The notes beneath the pieces are model-generated. The model did not search any database. It saw nothing but the letters and a program-made list of their open reading frames with translations, and was not told where the DNA came from. Of a stretch of DNA of 64,000 nt, positions 1-12,425 are shown in pieces. Position 1 is the first letter of the stretch; each line of letters begins with the position of its first letter. Origin of the DNA: Trichoplax sp. H2 (lineage: Eukaryota); the NCBI GenBank assembly GCA_003344405.1, contig NOWV01000218.1, forward strand, positions 1-64,000, in the 5' to 3' direction. The position numbers and the translations under genes were made by a program.

Positions 1-436
1 TTTACATTCTTTAAAGCCGATGTTGTTTAAAGTTAAATATATAGATTTTGCACATCCTGAAATAATACCTCAGAAATGAGTAGTATTCCAGTAGTGTCAG
101 TATACAATCACTGAGTATCATCAGTAATAGCCACAGCAAACACCTTAATCTTGAAGCCAGGTTGAAAGTTTTACAATTAAAGTACTACAGTTGACGTTGT
201 AACGGACCTAACGTGAGGCTTCGTTTCAATTTTGGAATTTCTGATAATATATCTTACATATATACATCTAATTTAAGACAATTGTGAACGTAATAGTTTT
301 CTGAGAAAGTCTTATCAAACAAACAGAATAGAATGTTTCAATTCGTTGGATTAAAGCGATAATTGCTAATTGAAGATGTTATAATGCACTCACGACAATT
401 TGCTGTTATCTATGCTCATGTAATGCAAAACTTGAG

Positions 437-1072
437 CTATTTATTCCACGTTAAATCGTATACTCCTCGAACGCAAGTATATCGAACGCCAGGCAAGTCT
501 TGCACTCTCCCTCCTTGTATTAACACAACGCTATGTTCCTGAAGCGAGTGCCCTCCATAAGGTACATAAGCAATAACACGCTTACCATTTTTAACTCGTA
601 CTGCTACACATTTGCGTTGAGCTGAGTTTGGTTTCTTTGGTTTGCGAGTGAAAGTACTTAATACAACGCCTTTCATATGCGGTTGACCTAAAGTTCTCTT
701 CGGCTTCTTTGGCTTCTTTCGCATGTGCTTCTTCATTCTACTAACTTGATTTATTGTCGGACTGCATAAGACTGTTGCCGTTTGTGTGAATATTGAACGC
801 ATAAATACCTAGTTGAGTAGAATAGCAATAGTGAGCACTTTCTGGATAAGTTCGAATTTGAAGAGATGATGAGTTTAATAGCAGATAGTAAGACTTACTC
901 GATTCCAGGTAGTTTGCAAGAACTTTGTAGATGATAATCCGCTAGGGATACTATGTTCTTTTAAAAGTTGGTTACAACAGCTCTTTTGATCTATCTTATC
1001 GTTTTGAATTGTAATAGTTTTGCTAGTAGAACAAGTTAACGGACGGGAAGAAGTAAATAGTGGTACCTTGAC
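437..1072 (-). CDS. MRPS12: Mitochondrial ribosomal protein uS12m (nuclear-encoded; 5' end unresolved)
   Basis: Bacterial-type S12 motifs [41 protein letters not shown]. Exons 899-1072 and 437-808 are joined in phase 0 by a GT-AG intron (809-898). The upstream part is a Ser/Thr/Lys-rich leader. I could not place the start exon. Confidence 0.93.
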
Positions 1073-2184
1073 CTATAAGATTTTGTAATACGGTAAGAAC
1101 GTTTTCATCAGTACCTTCAAGAATGCACAAGATACGTAGTGTACCCTTAGGCGGGCCTTAGCTAGGCTACTAGTTACAGTCAATGATTTTAATTAATGCA
1201 TGTGATATCGATCGAATGAACAGATTAATGGCTATTGCATACACAATTCACTACATAAATACAGTATCTTACGACATGTTTTGATTTGCTAAGCTACTTG
1301 ACTTGGCTAAATGGAATTTGAAAATTTGCCATTCAGAATGACATGGAGTACAAACATATGATTTTTTTCTTGAACTAACTAAGGTATCTCAATACTGTCC
1401 ACGTATACCGTAGTTAGGTCATCAATGTAAATCAAGTGGGATTCCATTTCCACAAATAATTACAATCATGGGCTAAAATTTTTAGTTACTATCAGCTATG
1501 TTACTGTTTCACCTAGATACAGTATTCCATTTGAATTAGCAAATCTGTAGTAGCTTGAAAGGATGTATAGTTGGTTAAATCGACCGTATATCATAACAGG
1601 CAGTGAAATAGGATCAACGAAAACAATCTGACTGTACAGTATTACTCTAGTATGACGGATGACCAGAAGAGACAGTGCATTTCTAGTAGTTTTAACTAGC
1701 ATGCCTTCGATACAGTATATAAACAGCTCCTCAATCTACCGTTCTTGTTGTAAGCTAATTCGTTGAAGGTTGATTCAGTTTAAAACATGGAAAGACCTAG
1801 TGCAGTATGCTATCTAGTATCATTCAATCCTTCATGTGGCTACGTGCTTTTTACCAGTGTTCACTTAATAGTACATGATTGGACAATTTATACTGGAGTA
1901 AAACACATTTCTTCCTGAAACTCTATTATTACCTTGGATAAACCGGCGTTGCAGCTGCTACTCAGCTTGTATACCAATCGAGAGGTAATCATTGCCGTCG
2001 TTGCGATCCTGCTCAACATTTTGATAGCCTTCAAGTAAGTATGGCAATAGCTAGAAATGATCACCGCGTTAAAGGCGTGAGCTTTTGCAAGCCAGGAAGG
2101 TTCGAAACTGTAACTGCATGATTTAGTCCAGTAGGAGTTGGACTGCATGGACCATCGATACTATACAGTACACTAGAGGGTTTC

Positions 2185-2350
2185 TACTGTACTGTGCTAT
2201 CCGTCTGTACTTCTGTACTGTACCGTGCGGTCAGGGACTTCTGATACAGTACTGTAATGTACAGTACAGTGTACAGTACTGTACAGTACAGTGTACAGTA
2301 CTTCGACAGCGAGTACTGTAGTCCAGGAGACTGTACAAGTGTACAGTAGA
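2185..2350. repeat. GTAC/ACAGT/ACTGT-rich low-complexity patch between divergent MRPS12 and AP5M1
   Basis: Dense iterations of actgt, acagt, gtacagta and tactgta, e.g. gtacagtacagtgtacagtactgtacagtacagtgtacagta at ~2259-2300. Confidence 0.75.
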
Positions 2351-2716
2351 TTGTTGCAGTCGGCACTAAATTACTATATGTAAAGTATAACGCTAATGCG
2401 TAGTTTTCGCCATAGACTTTAACCCCTGCAATTGATAAACATTCAGACTTGTCGTGTCGGCTCTTGGCTTGCATGCTGACAATTTTGATATTTGAAATCA
2501 CTCTTGAAATAATCAACACCTCAAGGCGGACTTTAACAGTAAGCATGGGTATTGTGATAGGTAGAAATGCTTGCAAGATGCAGTCATTTATTGATATGCC
2601 ATTATCTACAGATCGATTGAAATGATGCAGTTTACAGATACGTCGTATGTCAACTGGCTATAACAGATCAATTGTCATTACGTATTGGGTCGATTTTGAA
2701 TCGTCAGCAAATCAAG

Positions 2717-5700
2717 ATGAGCATTCGTGCTTTATGGATCCTTTCTCCTAAAGAGATGGATGCCAAATTCTTAATCTATTCAAAGTATGATCTACGTATT
2801 AACGAGTTGTATGTGTTAGGCAATAGCCAGGGATGAATCGTGACTTACAATCCATTATCCTAATAGGAATGAGTAGTTACCATAGAGATATACGAGTAAA
2901 ACATTTATGGTTGATACCACTTCCTGTTACAGTCTAGATGTTAATTTAAATATGAATTAGAATTGATTAAATCTACTACATAGTCGCTGGATATCAGCTT
3001 ATAACTTTATCTACTCTATATCAGATGAATTTATTACTCTTTGTTGATATAGTTGATAAGTAGAAAAAATATAGGTTTCATTCTGCAAAATCTTTGCATC
3101 TTGTATACAGTATGACGTAACATACGCAATATTACACAACATGATCGATTGGGATGTACACTGTATACAACGTAGAGTAAATATCCAAGATGCAAGTTTC
3201 CATGTAGGATAGAAGTGTCTATGGTATAAATAGAGCAAGCTTTTACAGGCCTAAAAGTACATATTATGTTATTGAATGTTTGTGCTTGCCTCGACGGTTA
3301 CTTTGTAGACGCATACGTATTTGGCAAATCAATTATGCAGTAAATAATTGGTTGCAGAGCCTGATATGCAGTAGAATATTGTGGCATTAGGAATTAGTGC
3401 AATATTAAAAATAATTATACTGAAATAGTGCCTATACATTTATTTTAGACGCTTTCCAGTAGTTGAGAAGAAAGAACGCCTCTGGTGTAGTCAAAACAAT
3501 AGTAGAAAGTATCAGCCATTACCTGATGATGGAGAGATTTGCGCTGCTATAGCGCAGGAAATAGGAATTGGTGCAGACCTCAATGTGGTAAGGAGTGAAT
3601 ATTTGTACAGTATGGAACGAATTACTTTGAGAGGCTTGAAATTTTACTCAGTTAGATATTATTCTTACTGTATTTTATACATTAACCCCCGAAATAAAGA
3701 TTTTGAATTTTCAATATTATATATGTAATACCCTTCAGTATTCACAAATCAGATAAACTAAGCACGAATACTGTGGATAATGGATGCCTTCCACTTTTAC
3801 TACTCCAAAGCTAATTACACGATAACTCACCGTCAAGGATAACAGTATGCAGAAGAAAATTGCTGCTGTCATAGATGCTACCAGCTTTTTCTTTACTGTA
3901 GTGCCAATGCTATTGATGTACACTAAAATATACTTTACTTTATAAAATTATAATAAACTAGCTCTTATACGCCAATAGAATGGTAGTAGTCTGCACTCTT
4001 GTCTTGCTTTATATCTATTCAACCTGACTGCTCACCGACAAAGAATTTTGAATTGTTAAGCTTGCTAACGCTTTCAGATTTTATTCTGGTTAAAGATAAG
4101 AGGATATGGTCATCGAATTTATGCGAGTTTCTGATACTTTATTCGTTAAACTTTAATTATTTGTAGTACAGCGAAAGTCGTGATAGCTGTAACAAAGTAA
4201 GCCAAAAACCTGTGTACGAAATTGACGGAAAAATTTGGCCTATGGTTATTTATGAAAAGGTAGCTATCATAAGCATCATTAATGACATTGTATATTATAA
4301 TCCACGCTTGTGCATCACATCTCATATCTTTAGGCACCACCAAATACTAAAAATCTATCTAAATGAGTAGCGATCCCATTTCACGTTACATATAATACTT
4401 GACGTTAGAGACTCGCAGCACAATTTATATCTATTACCGTGCATATGATAGCCAATTGATTCTTTATTACCTATCTGCAGTTATAAGCTATGGCTATCAT
4501 TACAGTTCCACGTAATAACTTTCAGAAAAATGAACTGTTAATTTACATTTCTCATCACTATTGTATGAATCGATTGTAACTTTATACTACGAACACGAAT
4601 ATAAGTTTGCAATTACAAAATTTTAGCATGGTTTGGTATTTGCTTGCTTGCCGCTGGTAAATGATTCATCAAACAGCAGGCCGCCCATAATCTCAATGTA
4701 TGTATTTACGTTCATATAATAGATAAAGATAGCGGAATCATCAATAACAACAGTTAGTTAATTCAATGTCAATCAATTAATTGTAAGGGTTGTTTGTTAA
4801 CATTGCTATATGTAACCTTCTCTGTTTCAGTCCTGGAGTATCTATCGGCTTATCACTTCTTGATAGTTTAGCCAACATTGTAGCACCTGCTGCTTCGTCA
4901 CTTACACCGGTAGCCTTATAGAATTACTTTTCATTCAAAAATTTTTAAATATTCTCGATTAACACAGATTCAATGCTATCGCTATTAGCATGTGTAACGT
5001 GATTTATTTGTCGTATGATATAATTATAGACTCATTCGAAACTTACGGAAATAAATGAATTCCTGACAGCTGGTGTTCCTTTTGGTACTCCTGTGGATTT
5101 AAATCCTTCAACAGCTAAGCTTCAAGCTAAGTTTACAACCTCAATCAATCCTCAAAAAAAGGTAAGATGTAAAATTAGCCGAGGTAAAATTATACCCTGC
5201 ATATCTAATGGTTATATCTATACCTAAAAATACTTTACGAGTAAGACATTGACCTATAGTATTTGCAATTTATGTTAACTATCCGAAAGACTTACGGGTG
5301 TACTGAAATTTATTACTGTTATGATCCAATACTTAGCAACCAGCTTGGAAACCTTCTATAGTAGTCCCGAAAACAAGAAATCAAATAAGCATAGCAATAA
5401 AAGAAGAAATCCGTGCCTCCATAGTACGATAATACTACTTTGTACTTGATAAATACATTAATTTACTATTAACCTTGAGTTATCTTTTCTGATTATACTC
5501 TATAAGTTAGATTTTAAAGATTAATTTCGTGATCACTTAAAATTAAATTCTTAATAATCAGTATAATAGAGCAGGAATTTCAGATGTATGGGACTTATAC
5601 GGATCTGTCATGTGTAAGGTAAGGTCAAGAATTATCATATCTTGTTTATTGACTTAATTATGAACTAAACCAGTGTATATAAAACTAAAGGTGGATTTCG

Positions 5701-7208
5701 AAGGAAAACCAGATATCACCGCTACTCTCTTTGTTTCGCCTAAAAGCCCAGCTTTAATTGGGGTTCAGATGCATCCTTGTGTCTACGTGGACGAGTCTGA
5801 TGAAAGCACAAAAGGTAGCTTTCTACGGCGAAAAATTCGCTTCTCGCCGCCAACAGAGCTATTCAATCTATGCAACTATATATCACCAATGCCTTCACTA
5901 CCAATCAAAGGAATTTATGAAATGAAGGTAGAAAAAATTTTGATATTCGCCTAATAATTAATTATAAGATAAATCCCTCTAACTTCCTGTATAAGTAGGT
6001 AATTTAAATAGTTTTTCAGCTCCTAGTTTTACCCTCTCATTTTATGAATAGTAAAATTAAATGTGAAGCCATTTAGAGAAATATCACTTATATTGATTTT
6101 TAGGGAGACCAAGTTGTAAAAGTGTCCCTTAACCTTCAACTTGATGGGAGTGTTACCAATTCGTTTGAATATTGCGAAGTTTACATTCCAATATTTAACA
6201 GGTTGTTTATTGCTAAGCAAAAGTGCTTTCAAGATAAAGTGCACTAGACTAGCTAGATCACAGTTGTCATACTACTTAGTGGAAATATGACATTTTTTTT
6301 TTAATTTAGGGGTCCCATTTTAAAAATTGAAGTCTCTGCGGGGACTTCTAATGTAGGTCCTGTAGCGCTTGCTCAAGATAAAAAAAGAATAATCTGGAAT
6401 ATTGGTATACACTGATGCATACAATTTCATAGTTTAGATAAAACCTGCAAATATGAAATATCAACGAATGAATCGTTTAGGCTAAATCCAGTTATTGAAC
6501 TAGTGTAAAGATAAAAAAGACTGGTAACATGGTTATCATTTTGTTAATTCCATTTAGGTACAAAATTTCCGCGTAATTTAGAAGCTACTTTGAACGCTGT
6601 TGTATTGTTTGGTAATAAAATAACTGATAAAGTGCATGTTGATGATGAATTCTGTATCGGAAAAAATGCCTATGCACAGGTAAATAATAATACTGTATGT
6701 ATGTACGAGCATAAGATAATATTAAGTTTGAAATTTGACAAAAAATTTGAATAGTTAAATTGTAAAAGAATTTTAGGAAGCTTGAACTGAATTGGTTGCT
6801 TTTATTAATTTATATTTCAGATTCGCTTTAAGATAAACAGTTTTACTTTTAGCAGTTGTCAGCTGGATCCTCATTCTGTTAATACGTCTCCGAACGCTCA
6901 TTACAAATCAAATTATGGTAATTTAGTTGTCTTTTCTAGGCTCACATCAAAAACTTGCTAACTACTATAGAGTAGTTCTTCCATCTAGCTTTTTAAAATT
7001 CTGAATACTTATAACTCATGCCAACATATTGTATCTAGAACTTTAAATATATATTTTTTCTTATAACATTAATAATAATTTGACTATAGTTACCGAATTT
7101 GCGGCATCGCAGTATCGAATATGGAATTCGTTTGGTGATGCACCGATTGCATTGACTCAGAATCTGCAGAACGAGGTCTCTGAGAAGAAATTAAGTCAGC
7201 AATATTAA
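2717..7208 (+). CDS. AP5M1: AP-5 complex subunit mu-1 (multi-exon)
   Basis: Spliced translation MSIRALWILS...YSK|RFPVVEKK, FACLPLV...RPPIISIPGVSIG, PFGTPVD, QPAWKP, RKIRFSPP...LCNY...PIKGIYEMK, FEYCEVYIPIFNRGPI, YRIWNSFGDAP matches AP5M1/MUDENG motifs. ATG 2717, TAA 7206-7208. One exon near 4371-4511 is irregular (see findings). Confidence 0.9.
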
Positions 7209-9587
7209 CTGTATACTTGAATATTATGTCATAGCATTTAATATGCCCTAAAAATGGACACAATGGTGCTGTATAACTCGTAAATAATTTCGTTGTATGG
7301 CTTTTTGGAATGAAATTGAAACTACTCGAAAGATTGTAAATATGTTTTAGGTTACTATAACAATCAAACAGATTTGTGGCATCAACAAAACTTTAATATA
7401 AGTTAATTTTATTATTATTATTATATATCCGTAGGAGAACCACAAAGGTTTATTGTCCTAATATTTGTGCGCTATTACTTCCTAAATCTGTCATCATATG
7501 GTATTTTTAGAGCGATATGACATACTAAAGATTATTTTTTCTACATCATTTTGAGATATTTTCAAAATATAACACGAACGCTGTTGGAAATACTCAGATA
7601 TATTTTACACTCACATATGTAACTGTGATCATGCAGGCGATTTTATAGTAGGCTATAAAACAGCAACCGACATGTCAATAGAAAAGAAACGAAAGAAAGT
7701 AAAATTAGAGTGATATACTAGTATAAGACAGATCTATAGATGAAAATTAAAATAACAAAATTTTAGACGTATATATTTTTGTAGGACGCAACTAGTTGTT
7801 CTAGAAAACTGGAGACATTAAGTAAGATATGAGACTTTATCATTCTACGAAATATGAATAGGCTGCACCTGTCATCAACAGACGTTACAAAGATTACCAT
7901 TAGTTATAACAGTCTAGTTGATTAATTAAATTTACTCATAAATTAAGTAGATGTATATAGCCAGAAAGGCTATACACCTAAGAATGTGATAGCTGCACTG
8001 CACGTTTTGAATAAAATGAAGATATTAATTTTTACGATTTTCGAAAGAGTAATTCATTCATTATTTTTCTTACTATCAATCAGTCAAAATGTCATTTAGT
8101 TATAGTCTTATTCCCATCTTTCTGATTTAGTTTCAAACGATTTCAGCATTCGTTATTGATCAAATGCAGTATTAGTGTTAAGTAAATAACAAAGCCATGC
8201 CTGTCCTAAAATTATTTTGTATTATTAATTATTAAATATAATATATTAAAATGAGCAAGCAACTCACCGTGCTGCAGGAATAGTGATACTACTATCTGCT
8301 GTAGAACATTAGCTGTATCAATAGCGACTGAGACCTGACTCTTACAAGATCGGAAACTAAAAAAAAGAAACATACTATCGCACTTAAAGAGTGGGTACCA
8401 ATTTGTGCAATATTAATTTCTAAAAACATATGATAACAATTATAAACTCTAGATACCATTATTGTCGGTTTTTGGACTACTATCAATACTGAAAGTAATT
8501 TCAATACCTATAAATAAGCCAAATCCCACTACAATATCGCTAGTTTAATAATTGAACAGGAAATCGATAAATAAACAATCCTGGAAGTTAAGAACTCTCA
8601 TTAACTTTCACATACGTACAGACTGCTAGATGAATAATGCATCTATATCAAATCAAAGCTAAAGATTGTTTTAATTAAGATTAATTATTCTGGTTTACCG
8701 GTCAGGTTATTATTTAGAATAATCGGTATACATAAGTTATCTAGCGTAGAACCTTTTCGTGACTAATATACGTTCTCCACTTGATTCTCTTCTACTATAT
8801 TATGTAATATTGTTTATCAAAAATCCAAATAGACTTTACAGTATGTCTAAAGAGTATTTTAGACAACTGTTAACAATTGCGAGAGTCTGATTCATTCTTA
8901 ATAATCAGGATTAATCTTCTGCTATTATTATTATGAATTAAATTCGTCGTCTGGCGTCTGCTTAGAATTTGCAAGAAATGTTCAAGGTCATAATTACAAT
9001 TATAATTTAGCTAGACACGGCAAAGCATTTTGATTGAGAATAATGGTAGCAATAATTGTCATTTAGAGTGTACTTAATGTTTCTCTTGAATGGCGTACAT
9101 ATATGGATCAAAAAGATAAGTAATATGGCGTCCTTTAGTACTCGTACGTAGACTACAAAAGGAGAATTAGTTAATATAGAAGTTAAGAGCGAAGATAAAC
9201 TTATGAATGGACTACTTGATGAGAAAAGTATAAATATGTCAAGCTTAAGTACAAATTATGAAATAAACATAAACACTAATTCATGTGCCATCCTATTAAG
9301 TGAAAGATAATTCTGTACGACTTTTAATTGTAAAGGAGTGGGATATGGCAAAGCTTCAGTGAAAGATAGTTCAGTTTAATACTTAGGCAGTGATTTTCGA
9401 ATATAGTTTATCATTCCTAATTGACTAATATTAGGTTTTAGATAATAATACTTTATAGTAGCACTATTGATATTATTACTGCCGTCCAAAAACATGGATA
9501 GTTTGCTAATTTGCACGAAAGAAATTCTTTCTCAATTTATTTATACTGCATCTTAAAACTATGTGGTTCTTTATGTCATCAAGTCAA

Positions 9588-9830
9588 GCACAATGCTCTT
9601 GATAAATTATTGTACCTTACGGCATTAAGTTATTATTCGGCTATAAAGTCATCTTAATGCTTACAAGTAACAATTATTAATAGTAAAGAAATCTTTCTAC
9701 GCATAATACAATTCATGTAGTTAGCTCGGGCATAATGCTCTTGATCAATAATTATACCTTATGGCAATAAATAATTATTCGCCCATAAAACAATTTTTCA
9801 AATATTTTACTAACAACAGTTATTTATGAT
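9588..9830. repeat. Diverged two-copy tandem duplication, ~142 bp period
   Basis: gcacaatgctcttgataaattattgtaccttacggcattaag at 9588 versus gcataatgctcttgatcaataattataccttatggcaataaa at 9730. Confidence 0.6.
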
Positions 9831-11390
9831 GTAGAAATTCTTTTATAAATGTCCTATCGTAAAAATATATGGAAATCAAGTGATATTCACGTGAAATGTA
9901 TATCATACTCGAAATGCTAATCTCGGTTGAAGCTTTGGCAGCCATTTAAGGGAATGACAAAGGTTTGTCATTACCTAGGTTACCAGGAGGTAACTAAGCG
10001 GTTTTGCGACCAACAACTCCTAACAAATCGGTTCTTCTACTACATAATTTATTCTATTCTGCATATAATAGTCAAGGCTAACATACACATGTTACTATGT
10101 TTGTGAATTTAATTTGAAAAGCATGGAACAAATTTCGTAATGGTACTGTAATCATGAGTTTTCAATGGATTTTAATTACACTTCAGAACTCTAATGTTTC
10201 ATGTGACTTTTAGCATAGTGTAGGGCAAGGTAATTAATTCTCTGTGTACATTGTTATTTCACGGGTTAAGCTAATAAGTATGATCAATTCGGATAATGAT
10301 ATGATAGAGTACGTATAGGACATTTCACAAGATAACACAGACCTCTAGAGTGGGCTGCACTATTCTCTTCAACACGTAATAATGTCATTGGCTGGCTGAT
10401 CATCATCCATAATGTTATTAAATTTCTTTCATAATTCCGATAATCTCTTGACATAATTTCAATTGTTGTTAGATAAATTGATTTGAAATATATTCAAATA
10501 GCTTAATGCTATGATGTATGGCTAATATTGATTTGTTGATTGCAATAGAACAATAGCCGCCATCAATTTTAAAACAACATCACTTTACATCCGTAACCCT
10601 TGTTTATTAAGCGGTGTCTTTGATTTTTTTTTCTAATCATTTTGATGAACCCTTGCCTAATTGCTGCTATTTAGGACGGGTATTTTTACATCGCCAACAA
10701 CGATTGCTACTAGAAAAAGAGGAATATATTAGTAGCCAAATCGATCAAGTTTGTAGCTTAGCTATTCGTTTTAGAGGACTCGAGTTGAAAGGCTTTATAT
10801 ACTCTAGTATAGTAAAAATGGAAGCACCTAGACGTTAAAGTTATTAAATTATTATCTCTTTGGATATCCACATTTCCTTTCATTCGTTGGATGCTGGCCA
10901 CAACCTTAGGTAAAGTGATTAAGCGAATTCTTTTTTAATAGATGCTAGATTATAATACGAGTAAATAGCATATTTTTCATCGCTAATGTTTCAATTTTAG
11001 GGACAAATTTCTAGTTCCTCTTCTATCTTTGGGCTCTTCTTCGATAAACATTTTACGGTTCACTGTGTGCTTGTAAAGTCTTGTAAGATTAACGATTGTA
11101 TTTAAAGCGTCTTGAAGCTTCAATAACTTCTCTTATACCTCAGTTAAAGTTTCATCGGCGACAAGATATTACTATTATTGAATCCATTTTTTTCTGTGAT
11201 CTTGGTACTACCTGTCTGGTTTCAATTTTCAATCAGGTCATGAATGGAATCTTTCTATAAATTTCACCAGAATTGAATCTCAAAGCTATACAGAATTTTA
11301 TACATGCTTATTTAGTTGAATATAATACATTAATTAATCGATTTAGAATCGTTTCGTTCATAATTTATAGCCATTGCAATTAGGGAAAAA

Positions 11391-12425
11391 ATGACCGAAC
11401 TCCTCAATAATGGCACTTGCCCATCCAATTTTACTACGATGAATATGGACACTGTTTCAATTAGGCTAGTTTGCTTATCTATAATTGGATTTCTTGGTAT
11501 AACTGGCAATATCATGGTAATCTTGGTTACTTATACAAAAATTGGTCGTAAATCACCGACAGATTATTTAATAATTAATAACGCTGTTATTGATGCTATT
11601 CAGAGCGGGATTAGATTACCGCTGTTGTTGGTCAATGTTGCAGCCAATTGTAATGCATTAGGAGATTTTCTATGTCATTTTCATGGCTTTCTAAGCGGTG
11701 TATGTTTTATTGGTTCCGCTTATTCCTTAGCTGCATTGGCTGTATTTCGTTATTTTAGCGTTTGTAAATCTCCAGCTATTGTACTACATACAAGGCATGC
11801 TGTATATGCGATTGGTATAGTTTGGATGATTACGTTGGTTATTTGTCTGTTACCATTTTTGGGCCTAAGCGTTTACGAATATAGTTTAATGGAGAGATCT
11901 TGCCTTCCAAGTTGGGGTAGTAGTGTGGCTAATCGTATTAACGCTATTATTGAGTTGATTGTCGATTTTATTGTGCCCTTAGTTATTACATTAACATCAT
12001 ACCTTCAAGTATTTTTAACGTTAAGACGTATCGATCATAACCTGGTACGCCATGTTAGTAACGGAGGATTGCAGCGGCGTAATACAACATCATCAAGGAA
12101 ACCAATTCATTTAACTATAGCACTATGGCTATTGGTGCTTAATTTCTTGCTGTGTTACATAACGTGGAGTATTCTCACTTTTATTATTATTCCATTTTCA
12201 AATTATCAAATCTCTATTTCGGATGATTTATATTTCTTTTCTGTCACCATGTTATACGTAAATAATGCTATCAATCCAGCTATTTATCTTGTCATGTTGA
12301 AATCTTTTCGTCGACGCTATATCATATTATTAAAAAAGATTTTCTGCTGGTGGAATAAACGTTCTTCCGTTGTTCGAGTGAAACCGCTTAAATCAGATAA
12401 TACCAGAGAAGAAAATAGTAAGTGA
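11391..12425 (+). CDS. Intronless rhodopsin-family (class A) GPCR, opsin/melatonin-receptor-like, 344 aa
   Basis: Seven hydrophobic segments with TM1 GN, TM2 LIINNAVID, LGDFLC, TM3 FRY (DRY variant), TM4 W, ECL2 Cys, TM5 FIVP...Y, TM7 NPAIY and helix-8 KSFRR. N-terminal N-glycosylation sequons NGT and NFT. Confidence 0.93.
   Translation: MTELLNNGTCPSNFTTMNMDTVSIRLVCLSIIGFLGITGNIMVILVTYTKIGRKSPTDYLIINNAVIDAIQSGIRLPLLLVNVAANCNALGDFLCHFHGFLSGVCFIGSAYSLAALAVFRYFSVCKSPAIVLHTRHAVYAIGIVWMITLVICLLPFLGLSVYEYSLMERSCLPSWGSSVANRINAIIELIVDFIVPLVITLTSYLQVFLTLRRIDHNLVRHVSNGGLQRRNTTSSRKPIHLTIALWLLVLNFLLCYITWSILTFIIIPFSNYQISISDDLYFFSVTMLYVNNAINPAIYLVMLKSFRRRYIILLKKIFCWWNKRSSVVRVKPLKSDNTREENSK

Noticed and set aside
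2184..2576. 130-aa minus ORF and similar short ORFs rich in Y/S/T/V/L/C
   Set aside because: Products of GTAC-rich low-complexity DNA or antisense shadows of real exons.
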